Notes: generated from the sequence alone by a model not told the origin. 64,000 bases of DNA from Bacteroidales bacterium (GCA_024685175.1 JAIKWD010000004.1:3622-67621), one strand, 5' to 3'. Shown: positions 1 through 9,209, counted from the stretch's first letter. Numbers and translations: made by a program.

Positions 1-183
1 ACTGCGTGAGCATCCGTAATTTGCTGTCGGGCTGGAATCCAGGCAAAACACGACTCGCGTGGAAGTCGTCAAACAACTTCCCACCGAATTCCATATAAAG
101 CTTGTCGCCGAATTGAGCAATACGCTCTTTGATGTGCTCTGATTGAATCTTCAGATACTTCCCGTTGTCAAAACCGATCTTCA
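1..183 (-). CDS. DUF1846/UPF0371-family protein, N-terminal fragment (gene runs off the left edge)
   Basis: Manual reverse translation from ATG (complement of 181-183): [61 protein letters not shown]. It resembles recalled UPF0371 N-termini. It is absent from the ORF track because it is truncated. Confidence 0.6.
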
Positions 184-208
184 TAGTAGTTGATTTTAAT
201 ACGGGATG

Positions 209-216
209 CAAAAATA
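209..216 (-). promoter_or_regulatory. Bacteroidota -7 box TAnnTTTG
   Basis: TATTTTTG, 26 nt before the ATG at 183. Confidence 0.5.
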
Positions 217-274
217 GGTTTTTTTTTGGAATAAAAAGTTAACGGCGAAAATTTTGATGAACCGAAGGGGTGGA

Positions 275-302
275 GAGATGAGAGATTATAGATGATAGAT
301 TG
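275..302 (+). repeat. heptamer array (RAGATKR)x4
   Basis: GAGATGA GAGATTA TAGATGA TAGATTG. Plus-strand stops at 279, 289, 293 and 296 cover all 3 frames. Confidence 0.8.
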
Positions 303-322
303 TTATTCACCACACCTGTACT

Positions 323-346
323 GGTTCATTGTTTTATTGGTTCATT
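323..346 (-). repeat. octamer array GGTTCATT GTTTTATT GGTTCATT
   Basis: Abuts the stop codon at 349-351. On the minus strand it gives TGA, TAA and TGA in frames 2, 0 and 1. Confidence 0.8.
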
Positions 347-348
347 TT

Positions 349-1557
349 TTAGAACAACGGTAGGCCTAACAGGGTGGCGAACAACGAACCCAGATAAGTG
401 CCGAGGGCGTAGCCTACCAGACCGATGGCGATACCGCTGATGAGCACCTTCTTGTTGCCCAATGCTTCCACGACGGGCGGAACGAATGGCGGGGAACACA
501 ACAAACTGATGTGTCCTACGGAGAACAGGTCGCCGCTGACTTTGGCGGCACGGCAGAACAACAGATGCAGGACGATGGAAGTGACCATCACAAACAGGAT
601 GTACCACATAATCGTCAACGACGAGCTATCGATCTTGGTCAGGTCGAACATAGAGGCTACCACGACACTGAAGATCAGGATGAAGAACATACCCAACTCA
701 AACGTCTTGGGCAACTCCCTGACTTTCTTGCTGAAAGAGGCGATGATGGCCAATGTGGTGATGGTGAGGATGACGACCAACTCGTTGATTTTGCCTACGA
801 TGAGGATGGAGAGACCGACGCCCACGCCCAGCATTGCAATGGAAAGCAACAAACCGAGCATCATCTTGCCGAAGGTCTTGGCCTTGAGCATTCCGCGGTA
901 GTTCTCGAATGTGCCTTCGGAAATGGCTTTTGGGTCCACGTCATCGTCTACGGAAGTCTCGTCCTTAAAAGGCAGGAACTTGCGAAACAGCTTGTAGCCG
1001 CCAGCGAGGATGAAGATGATGAAGGGTAGGGTAACGATCTCCTCGAAAGCCAATGTGATGCTGATAGTGTTGGGGTCTGCGTGCACCATCTCGCCTAGGG
1101 CGGCGAAGTTCAACGTGCCGCCCGTGTATATGCCCGTCATCATTACGGCCACCTTCTTGAACTCTTCGGCACTTTCGAAATCTTTGGTTCGGAAGATGTA
1201 ATACCCGGCTACCAAGGCAATGGCCACGGACAAGACACCGCCGATCAACACGGCCAACGTCTTGGGCAGCGACTTGGTCCACAATTTGAAGTCGGAGTTG
1301 AACAACATCAACGGGATGGCCAACGGCACGCACACGCTCATCAAGTTTTTCTGGACACTCGTGAGCAACTCAGCCCCACCTTCGCCGGCGGAGGGAAGAA
1401 ACCCGAAAGCCGTGTTCAACAGGGCGATGATGATACCTACTGCGTATGCCAAGATGACCGTTCCGATCTTCTGAGCCCATTTGTATTTGTTGAATAATAA
1501 AATGATAAGCACTGGGAAAATGAAATATCCGGCTATCATTAAATATGTACTGACCAT
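349..1557 (-). CDS. polytopic inner-membrane protein, DUF819-like
   Basis: 402-aa ORF with about 10 or more hydrophobic segments. A -7 box lies 41 nt upstream. The family assignment is from memory only. Confidence 0.55.
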   Translation of the reverse strand: MVSTYLMIAGYFIFPVLIILLFNKYKWAQKIGTVILAYAVGIIIALLNTAFGFLPSAGEGGAELLTSVQKNLMSVCVPLAIPLMLFNSDFKLWTKSLPKTLAVLIGGVLSVAIALVAGYYIFRTKDFESAEEFKKVAVMMTGIYTGGTLNFAALGEMVHADPNTISITLAFEEIVTLPFIIFILAGGYKLFRKFLPFKDETSVDDDVDPKAISEGTFENYRGMLKAKTFGKMMLGLLLSIAMLGVGVGLSILIVGKINELVVILTITTLAIIASFSKKVRELPKTFELGMFFILIFSVVVASMFDLTKIDSSSLTIMWYILFVMVTSIVLHLLFCRAAKVSGDLFSVGHISLLCSPPFVPPVVEALGNKKVLISGIAIGLVGYALGTYLGSLFATLLGLPLF

Positions 1558-1597
1558 AATGCTATGTGTTAATAATTGTTAATTCTATTGAGAGGCA

Positions 1598-1605
1598 CAA
1601 AGATA
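1598..1605 (-). promoter_or_regulatory. Bacteroidota -7 box TAnnTTTG
   Basis: TATCTTTG, 41 nt before the ATG at 1557. Confidence 0.5.
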
Positions 1606-1616
1606 CAATTTTTTAA

Positions 1617-1660
1617 CAATGAACCAATGAACTAATCATTCCTAATTCCAAATTCTTAAC
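1617..1660 (+). repeat. 8/7-nt array CAATGAAC x2 + TAATCAT TCCTAAT TCCAAAT TCTTAAC
   Basis: Plus-strand stops at 1620, 1628, 1633, 1643 and 1657 cover all 3 frames. Lies just upstream of the promoter at 1672. Confidence 0.8.
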
Positions 1661-1671
1661 TGCTTTTTTTG

Positions 1672-1679
1672 TATCTTTG
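1672..1679 (+). promoter_or_regulatory. Bacteroidota -7 box TAnnTTTG
   Basis: TATCTTTG, 22 nt before the ATG at 1701. Confidence 0.55.
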
Positions 1680-1700
1680 CCAGCCTAAAAAACTAAACCT

Positions 1701-3365
1701 ATGGATACTGTACCTGTTTTTTGTGTTACTCTTAACAAAATGATGGATGTCCCCTATGGTATGTCGTTGGGGGAAATGGCAGCACAGAACCACATCAAAC
1801 TTACCGATGACATCTTGGGCGCTTTGGTGAACAACAAGGTGCGTGATTTGACCTATCGGGTGCACAAACCTGCCATTATAGATTTTTTCGACTATATGTC
1901 TACCTACGGCCACGATATGTATGTGCGTTCGTTGTATTTCCTTTTGTGCAAAGCAGTCGACGATCTGTTGCCCCGCAAGGTAAAATTGCATATCAAGCAT
2001 TCCATTTCGGGAGGGCGTTACTGTACGATAACTAATATGGACGAAACCTTAGACGAGGATCTGGTGAATAGACTGTATAAACAGATGCGTCTGGTCGTGG
2101 AGAAAAACATACCCTTTGAACGCGTCGGTATGATTACGCCCGATGCCATCAAGATGTTCCAAGACCATGGTTTGGAGGATAAATTTGCCTTGTTCAAGAA
2201 CCGTGATCGAATTTTTACCTCCGTGTATTGTCTGGAGGATACCGTCAACTATTATTATGGCTTTATGGTGCCTTCTACAGGATATCTCAAGATGTTCGGA
2301 TTGGAGAAGTACGAAAGCGGTATGTTGTTGAAGGTTCCCTCTGCCAAGAATATCAACGCCATTCCCAAGACTCGGCAGTTTCCGAAATTGTTCGCCGTGT
2401 ACAAACAAAACAAGGAGTGGGCCGAACAGATGGGTGTGCCCCACGTGAGCGATATGAACCAGTTGGTGGAAGACGGAAAGGCGCAGGACACGATCCTGAT
2501 GGCCGAGGCCTTCCAGGAAAAGCGCATCGCTTCAGTGGCCGAGGAGATCAAGAACCGTGGCAACGTGAAGATGGTGCTTATTAGCGGTCCGTCCAGCTCG
2601 GGCAAGACCACCACCTGCAAGCGACTCTCCGTGCAATTGGGCGTGCTTGGCTATCATCCCGTGCAGATCTCCGTGGATGACTTCTTCGTGGAACGCGAAG
2701 AGACTCCAAAGGACAAGGACGGCAAGTACGACTTCGAAGCGCTGGAAGCCGTCGACCTGAAACTGTTCAACAAAACGCTCTCGGAACTCATTCAAGGAAA
2801 GTGCGTTGAACTCCCGACTTTTGATTTTGCCAATGGAACCAAACGATGGACGGGCAAGTCCATTCAACTGGACGAAAAATCCATTATGGTCATTGAAGGC
2901 ATACACTGTCTGAATCCGCGCCTCACCGAGATGGTGCCCGACGACATCAAGTTCAAGATTTTTGTGTCCGCTTTGACCTCCATCTCCATTGACCGTCAGA
3001 ATCCCATCCCCACCACGGACAACCGGCTTATCCGTCGTATTGTGCGCGACTACAACTACCGTGGATACTCGGCGATGGACACGTTGCGGCGTTGGCGCAG
3101 TGTGCGCAATGGCGAAGAGAAGAACATCTTCCCGTTCCAAGAGAATGCGGACGAGATGATCAACACCTCGCTCATCTTCGAGTTGGGGGTGCTCAAACCC
3201 TATGCCATCGCCATTCTGCGCGAAGTGCCGGAGACCGCTGTGGAGTTTGCCGAGGCCACGCGCCTGCTCAAGTTTCTATCCTTCTTCAAGACCATTCCGG
3301 AGAAGGCCATCCCTGAAACCTCCATCCTGCGCGAGTTTGTGGGCGGAAGCAAATTCTCCTACTGA
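1701..3365 (+). CDS. uridine/nucleoside kinase-family protein with N-terminal TGS-like extension
   Basis: 554 aa. P-loop ISGPSSSGKTTT and a PRK/uridine-kinase-like core (VIEGIHCLNP). A -7 box lies 22 nt upstream. Confidence 0.7.
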   Translation: MDTVPVFCVTLNKMMDVPYGMSLGEMAAQNHIKLTDDILGALVNNKVRDLTYRVHKPAIIDFFDYMSTYGHDMYVRSLYFLLCKAVDDLLPRKVKLHIKHSISGGRYCTITNMDETLDEDLVNRLYKQMRLVVEKNIPFERVGMITPDAIKMFQDHGLEDKFALFKNRDRIFTSVYCLEDTVNYYYGFMVPSTGYLKMFGLEKYESGMLLKVPSAKNINAIPKTRQFPKLFAVYKQNKEWAEQMGVPHVSDMNQLVEDGKAQDTILMAEAFQEKRIASVAEEIKNRGNVKMVLISGPSSSGKTTTCKRLSVQLGVLGYHPVQISVDDFFVEREETPKDKDGKYDFEALEAVDLKLFNKTLSELIQGKCVELPTFDFANGTKRWTGKSIQLDEKSIMVIEGIHCLNPRLTEMVPDDIKFKIFVSALTSISIDRQNPIPTTDNRLIRRIVRDYNYRGYSAMDTLRRWRSVRNGEEKNIFPFQENADEMINTSLIFELGVLKPYAIAILREVPETAVEFAEATRLLKFLSFFKTIPEKAIPETSILREFVGGSKFSY

Positions 3366-4138
3366 TGATAGCATTGATTGGTTCTGGTAATGTGGCCACC
3401 TGGATAGCGGGCAGGTTGCGCGATTCCGACGAGTTTCGCATCGGACAGGTCTATAGCCGCCATCTCGACAATGCCAAGAAGTTGGCGGATTCGCTGGGCG
3501 CCAAAGCCATCGACGACCTGAAAATGTTGGATCCCGCTTGCGATATCTTCCTGTTTGCCCTTCGCGACGACGCCTATCCCGAGATCTTGAACGAGATTCC
3601 GTTCAAAATGTCCATTGCCCTGCACACCGCTGGCTCAGTCTCTCAGCATATCTTCAAAGATCACGCCGAGTTGTATGGCGTGCTCTATCCTTTGCAGTCC
3701 TTTTCCAAACAGACCGATATGTCCGCCTTGGAAGTCCCCTTGTTCGTGGAAGGCGACAGACTTGGCAAGGCCAAGGACATTGTTATGCGATTGGCGGCTA
3801 TGCTTTCGAACAAGAGCGGAGAGATGACGGAGGAGCAGCGCAAGGTGGTGCACTTGGCCGCCGTTTTCGCCTGCAATTTCAGCAACGCGATGTGCGGCAT
3901 CGCCGACGATATCCTCCGCGACCACGATATGAGTCTGGAAGTCTTGATGCCCTTGTTGCAGCACTCGCTGGATAAACTCAAGACGATGTCGCCGAAACAG
4001 GCGCAGACCGGTCCCGCAGCACGAGGCGACACGGTAGTGATGGGGCAGCAACTCTTTGCCCTGAAAGACGAGCGCCTCCAGGCTATTTATCGGGAGTTGT
4101 CCGATTACATTTTATCCCAATACGAAGAAAAAGCGTGA
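3365..4138 (+). CDS. Rossmann-fold NADP-oxidoreductase-like protein (DUF2520 type)
   Basis: 257 aa with N-terminal LIGSGNVA dinucleotide-binding motif. Its start overlaps the upstream stop by 1 nt (TGATG). Confidence 0.55.
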   Translation: MIALIGSGNVATWIAGRLRDSDEFRIGQVYSRHLDNAKKLADSLGAKAIDDLKMLDPACDIFLFALRDDAYPEILNEIPFKMSIALHTAGSVSQHIFKDHAELYGVLYPLQSFSKQTDMSALEVPLFVEGDRLGKAKDIVMRLAAMLSNKSGEMTEEQRKVVHLAAVFACNFSNAMCGIADDILRDHDMSLEVLMPLLQHSLDKLKTMSPKQAQTGPAARGDTVVMGQQLFALKDERLQAIYRELSDYILSQYEEKA

Positions 4139-4216
4139 TTTTGACAACTCCATCCTATTAACATTGTATGTGAATTACTTTTTTCTAGGGGTAGTTGCAG
4201 ATTATGAAAAAAACGT

Positions 4217-4224
4217 TACCTTTG
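4217..4224 (+). promoter_or_regulatory. Bacteroidota -7 box TAnnTTTG
   Basis: TACCTTTG, 58 nt before the ATG at 4282. Confidence 0.45.
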
Positions 4225-4281
4225 CGCCGCTTTCGATAGAAATAGGAAGCAATTCTGTATAATTTTAAAAATCAAATCAAT

Positions 4282-5355
4282 ATGCAAAAAAAAGGTAATA
4301 AATACGGTACGCACCGTGTGATTGAACCGAAAGGTGTTCTCCCACAACCCGCCAACAAGATTGATAACAATATGGACGAGATCTACGACAACGAGATCCT
4401 CATTGATGTCCAGACCCTGAATATAGATTCCGCTTCTTTTACGGATATTCACAACTATGCCAAGCAACAGGCTGGCGAAGGTGCCACTGAAGAGCAAGTT
4501 ATGGAAGAAGTAAAGAAAGAGATGCTCCTCAATGTCGAATTGCAAGGCAAACACCGTAACCGTAGAACCGGCTCCGGCGGTATGCTCCTCGGTAAGGTTG
4601 AGAAGATCGGCGACGCCCTCAAGGGCAAGATCGACCTCAAGGAAGGCGACCGTATCGCTACGCTCGTCAGCCTCAGCCTCACCCCGCTCCGCATCGACGA
4701 GATCTTGGAAATCCGTCCCGATGTGGACCAGGTGGACATCAAGGGCAAAGCCATTCTCTTCGAAAGCGGCATCTATGCCAAGATCCCGAGCGACCTGCCC
4801 GAGAAACTCGCTTTGTCTGCCCTTGACGTGGCCGGCGCACCTGCCCAAACGGCCAAGTTGTGCCAATATGGCCAGACTGTCGTCATCCTCGGCGCAGGCG
4901 GCAAGAGCGGTATGCTCTGCTGCTACGAGGCCAAGAAACGTGTCGGTGTCACCGGTAAGGTCATCGGCATTGCCAACAGCCCGAAGAGTACCCAACGCAT
5001 CAAGGACCTCGGCTTCTGCGATATCGTGGAGTCTGCCGCAGGTATGACCCCTGTTCAAGTGTACGAGCTTGTCGAAAGACTCACCAACGGCAAAATGGCC
5101 GACGTCACGATCAACTGTGTCAACGTCCCCGATCAGGAGATGACTGCCGTGCTTTGCACAAAGGATGATGGCATCGTCTATTTCTTCTCAATGGCCACCA
5201 GCTTCACGAAAGCCAGTCTCGGTGCCGAAGGCATCGGAAGCGATGTGAATATGATCATGGGTAATGGCTATACGAAGGGACATGCCGAGTTTACGTTGCA
5301 AGAACTTCGCGAGTGCAAGGCACTCCGCGACATCTTCACGGAACTCTATGCATAA
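4282..5355 (+). CDS. kdd: L-erythro-3,5-diaminohexanoate dehydrogenase-like protein
   Basis: 357 aa. The N-terminus KYGTHRVIEPKGVLPQPANKIDN...ILIDVQTLNIDSASF matches recalled Kdd sequences. There is a GAGGKSG nucleotide-binding loop and a terminator at 5391-5416. Confidence 0.6.
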   Translation: MQKKGNKYGTHRVIEPKGVLPQPANKIDNNMDEIYDNEILIDVQTLNIDSASFTDIHNYAKQQAGEGATEEQVMEEVKKEMLLNVELQGKHRNRRTGSGGMLLGKVEKIGDALKGKIDLKEGDRIATLVSLSLTPLRIDEILEIRPDVDQVDIKGKAILFESGIYAKIPSDLPEKLALSALDVAGAPAQTAKLCQYGQTVVILGAGGKSGMLCCYEAKKRVGVTGKVIGIANSPKSTQRIKDLGFCDIVESAAGMTPVQVYELVERLTNGKMADVTINCVNVPDQEMTAVLCTKDDGIVYFFSMATSFTKASLGAEGIGSDVNMIMGNGYTKGHAEFTLQELRECKALRDIFTELYA

Positions 5356-5390
5356 CCTCACACCATATAGTAATAATTTTGACGATGAAA

Positions 5391-5416
5391 GCGGGGCCGA
5401 GAACCCCGCTTTTTTA
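5391..5416 (+). terminator. intrinsic terminator after kdd
   Basis: GCGGGG-N7-CCCCGC followed by a T-run. Confidence 0.75.
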
Positions 5417-5417
5417 T

Positions 5418-5425
5418 TATCTTTG
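5418..5425 (+). promoter_or_regulatory. Bacteroidota -7 box TAnnTTTG
   Basis: TATCTTTG, 19 nt before the ATG at 5444. Confidence 0.55.
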
Positions 5426-5443
5426 CAACTCAAAAATAACCCT

Positions 5444-6250
5444 ATGCAAAAGATTGTCTGTCTGCTGACTCTCCTGTTGTCGTTTTCGATGTTCACGGCT
5501 ACGGCCCAGAACCATGAATTGGTCATCTTGCACACCAACGATACCCATAGCCAAATAGAACCATACACCTACAAGGCCGACACCAACGTGGGCGGGTTCC
5601 TGCGCCGCGAGGCCTATATCCGCGAGGTGCGCAGTATACACCCCAACGTGCTGCTTTTCGATGCTGGCGACTTCTCGCAAGGGACACCCTATTTCAACTT
5701 TTTTAAAGGATACACCGAAGTCTATTTGATGAATGCAATGGGCTACGATGCCGTGACGCTCGGCAACCACGAGTTCGACAACGGATGCCAAGCCCTCGGC
5801 AAACGCCTCCGCAAAGCCGATTTCCAAGTGCTCTGCGCCAATTATGTGTTCAAGAACAAAGCCCTCGCCAAAGTGGTTAAACCTTACACTATCATCGAGA
5901 AGGATGGTCTTAAAATCGGTGTCTTCGGCCTCACCGTAGATTTGCACGCCCTCATCGCCCCGTCTATATCCAAGGACTTGACCTATCTCGATCCCATAAA
6001 GACCGCGAAACAGATGGTCGCTGAACTCAAGAGCAAGGGCTGCGACCTCATTATCTGCCTGTCGCATCTCGGGGTGGAGAAAAACCAGATTGGCGACTAT
6101 GACGTCGCCAGAGACGTGCCCGGCATAGACATCATCATCGGCGGGCATTCCCACGAAGAAATGAAAGAACCGAAACTGGTAGGCGACACTCGTATCTACC
6201 AGATGACCAATAAGGGCAAATGCATCGGTGAAATAACCATTAACTACTAG
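5444..6250 (+). CDS. secreted calcineurin-like metallophosphoesterase (5'-nucleotidase N-terminal-domain type)
   Basis: Start moved to ATG 5444, which gives a signal peptide (MQKIVCLLTLLLSFSMFTATAQ) and sits 19 nt after a -7 box. Motifs HTNDTHS, DAGD and GNHEFD are present. The ORF-track start at 5264 overlaps kdd and its terminator. Confidence 0.75.
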   Translation: MQKIVCLLTLLLSFSMFTATAQNHELVILHTNDTHSQIEPYTYKADTNVGGFLRREAYIREVRSIHPNVLLFDAGDFSQGTPYFNFFKGYTEVYLMNAMGYDAVTLGNHEFDNGCQALGKRLRKADFQVLCANYVFKNKALAKVVKPYTIIEKDGLKIGVFGLTVDLHALIAPSISKDLTYLDPIKTAKQMVAELKSKGCDLIICLSHLGVEKNQIGDYDVARDVPGIDIIIGGHSHEEMKEPKLVGDTRIYQMTNKGKCIGEITINY

Positions 6251-6253
6251 ATT

Positions 6254-7288
6254 ATGAAAAAGAAAATTCTCGTCACCGGTGGCTGTGGCTATATCGGCTC
6301 GCACACGCTGATCGAATTGATCGAAAGCGGCCGCTACGATGTGCTCTGTGTGGACAGCTGCGTGAGAAGCACCCCCGAGACGCTCGATCGAGTCAAGAAC
6401 ATTACGGGCGTGGAGGTGAAGAATTATAAGGTTGATATCTGCGATAAAGACGCCTTTTTCAAGGTCTTTGAGGAGAATGACGATATCGCGGGTATTATCC
6501 ACTTTGCCGCATACAAGGCCGTCGGCGAGTCGGTGGAACAACCGCTGATGTACTACCGCAATAATTTGGGCGCCTTGGCCAATGTGCTGGAGGCGTGCCA
6601 AAAATACCATATATCCCATTTGCTATTCTCGTCGTCTTGCTCGGTGTACGGAGACGTGAAGACCCTCCCCGTCAACGAAGAGACTCCGATGGGAGAGGCG
6701 TTCTGTCCTTATGCCCATACCAAACAGATTGGCGAGGCGATGATTCGCAGTATGCAGGTGCCTAATCCTGGCACCACATCGCTCATCCTCCGATATTTCA
6801 ACCCCGTAGGGGCGCACCCCTCCGGAATGAACGGAGAACTTTCGCCCGACAAACCCAACAATCTGATACCCATTATTATGCACGTGGCCAGCGGCGTGCT
6901 GCCGCAAATGACCGTTTTCGGCACGGATTACGACACCCGTGACGGCTCGTGCATCCGCGACTACCTGCATGTGTCCGACATCGCCGACGCTCACGTCAAG
7001 GCGATGGACTATCTCGTGGAGCATCGCAACACGGATGGATGCGAGGTGTTCAACCTCGGCAGCGGTAACGGCGTTACCGTTCTCGAAATGCTCGATGCGG
7101 CTGAAAAAGTGGTGGGCCATAGACTCAACTATGTGCTCGGCGACCGTCGGCCCGGCGATATTCCCGCCATCTATGGGGATAGCAGCAAGGCCGAACAACT
7201 GCTCCATTGGCACTGCCGTTACAATGTGGACGATATGATCGCTTCCGCTTGGAAATGGGAAAACTATCTGAAAGAAAACGTGAAATAG
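6254..7288 (+). CDS. galE: UDP-glucose 4-epimerase
   Basis: 344 aa. Contains VTGGCGYIGSH, YxxxK (YAHTKQ), and GalE-like sequence along the whole length. Confidence 0.92.
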   Translation: MKKKILVTGGCGYIGSHTLIELIESGRYDVLCVDSCVRSTPETLDRVKNITGVEVKNYKVDICDKDAFFKVFEENDDIAGIIHFAAYKAVGESVEQPLMYYRNNLGALANVLEACQKYHISHLLFSSSCSVYGDVKTLPVNEETPMGEAFCPYAHTKQIGEAMIRSMQVPNPGTTSLILRYFNPVGAHPSGMNGELSPDKPNNLIPIIMHVASGVLPQMTVFGTDYDTRDGSCIRDYLHVSDIADAHVKAMDYLVEHRNTDGCEVFNLGSGNGVTVLEMLDAAEKVVGHRLNYVLGDRRPGDIPAIYGDSSKAEQLLHWHCRYNVDDMIASAWKWENYLKENVK

Positions 7289-7302
7289 ACTGACCTGACC
7301 CA

Positions 7303-9060
7303 ATGGCTGAAAATCTGAAACTTGTATCCGACCTTGCCCTGATCCTCATCTCCGCTGGCGTGATGACGATTGTCTTCAAGCTGCTCAAGCAACCCTTGGT
7401 GCTGGGATACATCGTGGCCGGTTTCCTCGTCGGGCCTCATCTGAATATATTCCCGACCGTTACGGACACGACCAATATTGAAGTTTGGTCTGAAATCGGT
7501 ATCATCTTCTTGCTCTTTGGCTTGGGACTGGAGTTTAGTTTCAAGAAACTGTTCTCCGTGGGTAGCAAGGCTTTCGTTACGGCCTTTCTTGAGATCTTGG
7601 CTATGATCGCCGTGGGTATGCTGCTGGGCTTCGTTATGGGGTGGAGCGTTATGGAGAGCATTTTCCTTGGCGGTATGCTGGCGATGTCTTCGACCACCAT
7701 CATTATCAAGGCATTCGATGATATGAACCTCAAAGACGAGCCGTTCGTGGATTTAACCTTGGTGGTGCTCATTATCCAGGATGTCGTGGCCGTGGTGATG
7801 ATGGTCTTGATGTCCACTACCGCCGCAAGCAAACAAGCCTCGGGCGCTGGAATGGAGATGCTGATGAGTGTCGTAAAACTTGTGTTTTTCTTGATTTTGT
7901 GGTTCGTGGTCGGTATCTATGTGATTCCTACCTTCTTCAAGAAAGCCAAGAAATACATCAATGACGAAACGCTGCTCATCATCTCCATCGGACTCTGTTT
8001 CGGTATGGTCATCATCGCCAACAATGTGGGATTTTCATCCGCTCTCGGTGCGTTCGTGATTGGCTCCATCTTGTCGGAAACTATTGAAAGTGAACGGATT
8101 ATTAGACTTACTGGAAGCATAAAGGATCTTTTCGGGGCTATTTTCTTCGTCTCTGTAGGTATGATGATTGACCCACAGATTATTGTGCAGTATTGGAAAC
8201 TGATTTTGTCGTTGGTGATCATCACTTTGGTTATCAAGGCATTGGTCTCTTCAGCATCAGCCTTGGTCGCCGGAGCCTCACTGGAAGACTCTTTGAAGAC
8301 GGGCTTCACGTTGTCTCAAGTGGGTGAGTTTGCCTTCATCATTGCTTCCGTGGGCGTCACCCAAGGGGTGTTGCCTAAGCATATTTACCCTGTCATTATT
8401 GCGACTTCCGTGATTTCAACATTTACTACACCATATTGGATCAAGGCCGCATCCCCGTTCTATCGTTTCCTAAACCGTGTGCTGCCTGATAATGTTAAAG
8501 CTCGCATGGATGAATATAGCTTGTTGGGTAGGAAAACAGGCAATAAAAATTGGCGTACCGTCATAGTTAGTACTTTACCACGCGTGCTGGTGTTTTTTGT
8601 GCTTTGCTTTGCTATGCTGGTCTTGCTTTTCGACCACCTGTGGCCATTTGTGAAACAACTTGAAATAGGAAAGTTCTTGCCCCAGTGGCTGTATAATACC
8701 ATTTTGGCCTTGCTCTCGCTCTTGCTCATAATGCCTTTCTTATTTGGATTGGTGCACAATAAACAGAAAGTCAGACAGATGTATATCGATATGATACAAG
8801 AGAATAAAGCCAATACCATCGCAGTGGTGGTTTGGACGCTTATTCGATTTGTGTTGGCAGGATTCTTTGTCTTTTCTATTCTTATTAATTTCTTTAAATA
8901 CACCAAATGGGTAATTGTCCTCATTACAATAGCGATTATTCTCTTTATGATGTTCTCCGGACGCACACTCAGACAATTTTCATTTCTTGAGAATAAGTTT
9001 ATGGAGAACCTTAATGCCAAAGAAAGAACCCCTCAAAAAAAAGAAATTGAGAAAAAATAG
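7303..9060 (+). CDS. cation:proton antiporter (CPA2/Kef-type) with an additional C-terminal membrane domain
   Basis: 585 aa. The N-terminus LKQPLVLGYIVAGFLVGPH is typical of Na+/H+ exchanger-family proteins. The last ~200 aa are extra transmembrane segments rather than a KTN/TrkA domain. Confidence 0.75.
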   Translation: MAENLKLVSDLALILISAGVMTIVFKLLKQPLVLGYIVAGFLVGPHLNIFPTVTDTTNIEVWSEIGIIFLLFGLGLEFSFKKLFSVGSKAFVTAFLEILAMIAVGMLLGFVMGWSVMESIFLGGMLAMSSTTIIIKAFDDMNLKDEPFVDLTLVVLIIQDVVAVVMMVLMSTTAASKQASGAGMEMLMSVVKLVFFLILWFVVGIYVIPTFFKKAKKYINDETLLIISIGLCFGMVIIANNVGFSSALGAFVIGSILSETIESERIIRLTGSIKDLFGAIFFVSVGMMIDPQIIVQYWKLILSLVIITLVIKALVSSASALVAGASLEDSLKTGFTLSQVGEFAFIIASVGVTQGVLPKHIYPVIIATSVISTFTTPYWIKAASPFYRFLNRVLPDNVKARMDEYSLLGRKTGNKNWRTVIVSTLPRVLVFFVLCFAMLVLLFDHLWPFVKQLEIGKFLPQWLYNTILALLSLLLIMPFLFGLVHNKQKVRQMYIDMIQENKANTIAVVVWTLIRFVLAGFFVFSILINFFKYTKWVIVLITIAIILFMMFSGRTLRQFSFLENKFMENLNAKERTPQKKEIEKK

Positions 9061-9201
9061 TTAAAACTGTTTTTAACAAATATTTCTTAAGATATTCTAT
9101 AAATTATTCTTTATAAGTATCTTGTGGAATAATGCTTTTTTGGTATAAGTTAATTTATACTAAAAATAATGTTATAATACTTTTGTTTGTTCGTTTGGAT
9201 G

Positions 9202-9209
9202 TATCTTTG
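9202..9209 (+). promoter_or_regulatory. Bacteroidota -7 box TAnnTTTG
   Basis: TATCTTTG, 25 nt before the ATG at 9234. Confidence 0.55.

Noticed and set aside
4216-5058. 280-aa minus-strand ORF antisense to kdd. Similar long antisense ORFs occur at 5417-6619, 12957-13721, 14448-15320, 17799-18758, 27452-28309, 43462-44346, 49536-50552, 53841-54539 and 61091-61882.
   Set aside because: Each lies fully inside a confidently identified gene on the other strand. They have no recognisable motifs, are rich in Arg, Gly, His, Val, Leu, Ala and Asp (which varies by ORF) as is typical of shadow frames in GC-rich codon-biased genes, and lack upstream -7 boxes.
5264-5443. 60-codon extension of the phosphoesterase ORF. 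The same kind of upstream extension occurs at 9132, 25202, 30190, 31080, 39752, 47549, 47573, 53342 and 56883.
   Set aside because: These extensions overlap upstream genes, terminators or -7 boxes, or use TTG/GTG starts inside them. The internal ATG in each case yields a proper signal peptide or a conserved N-terminus.
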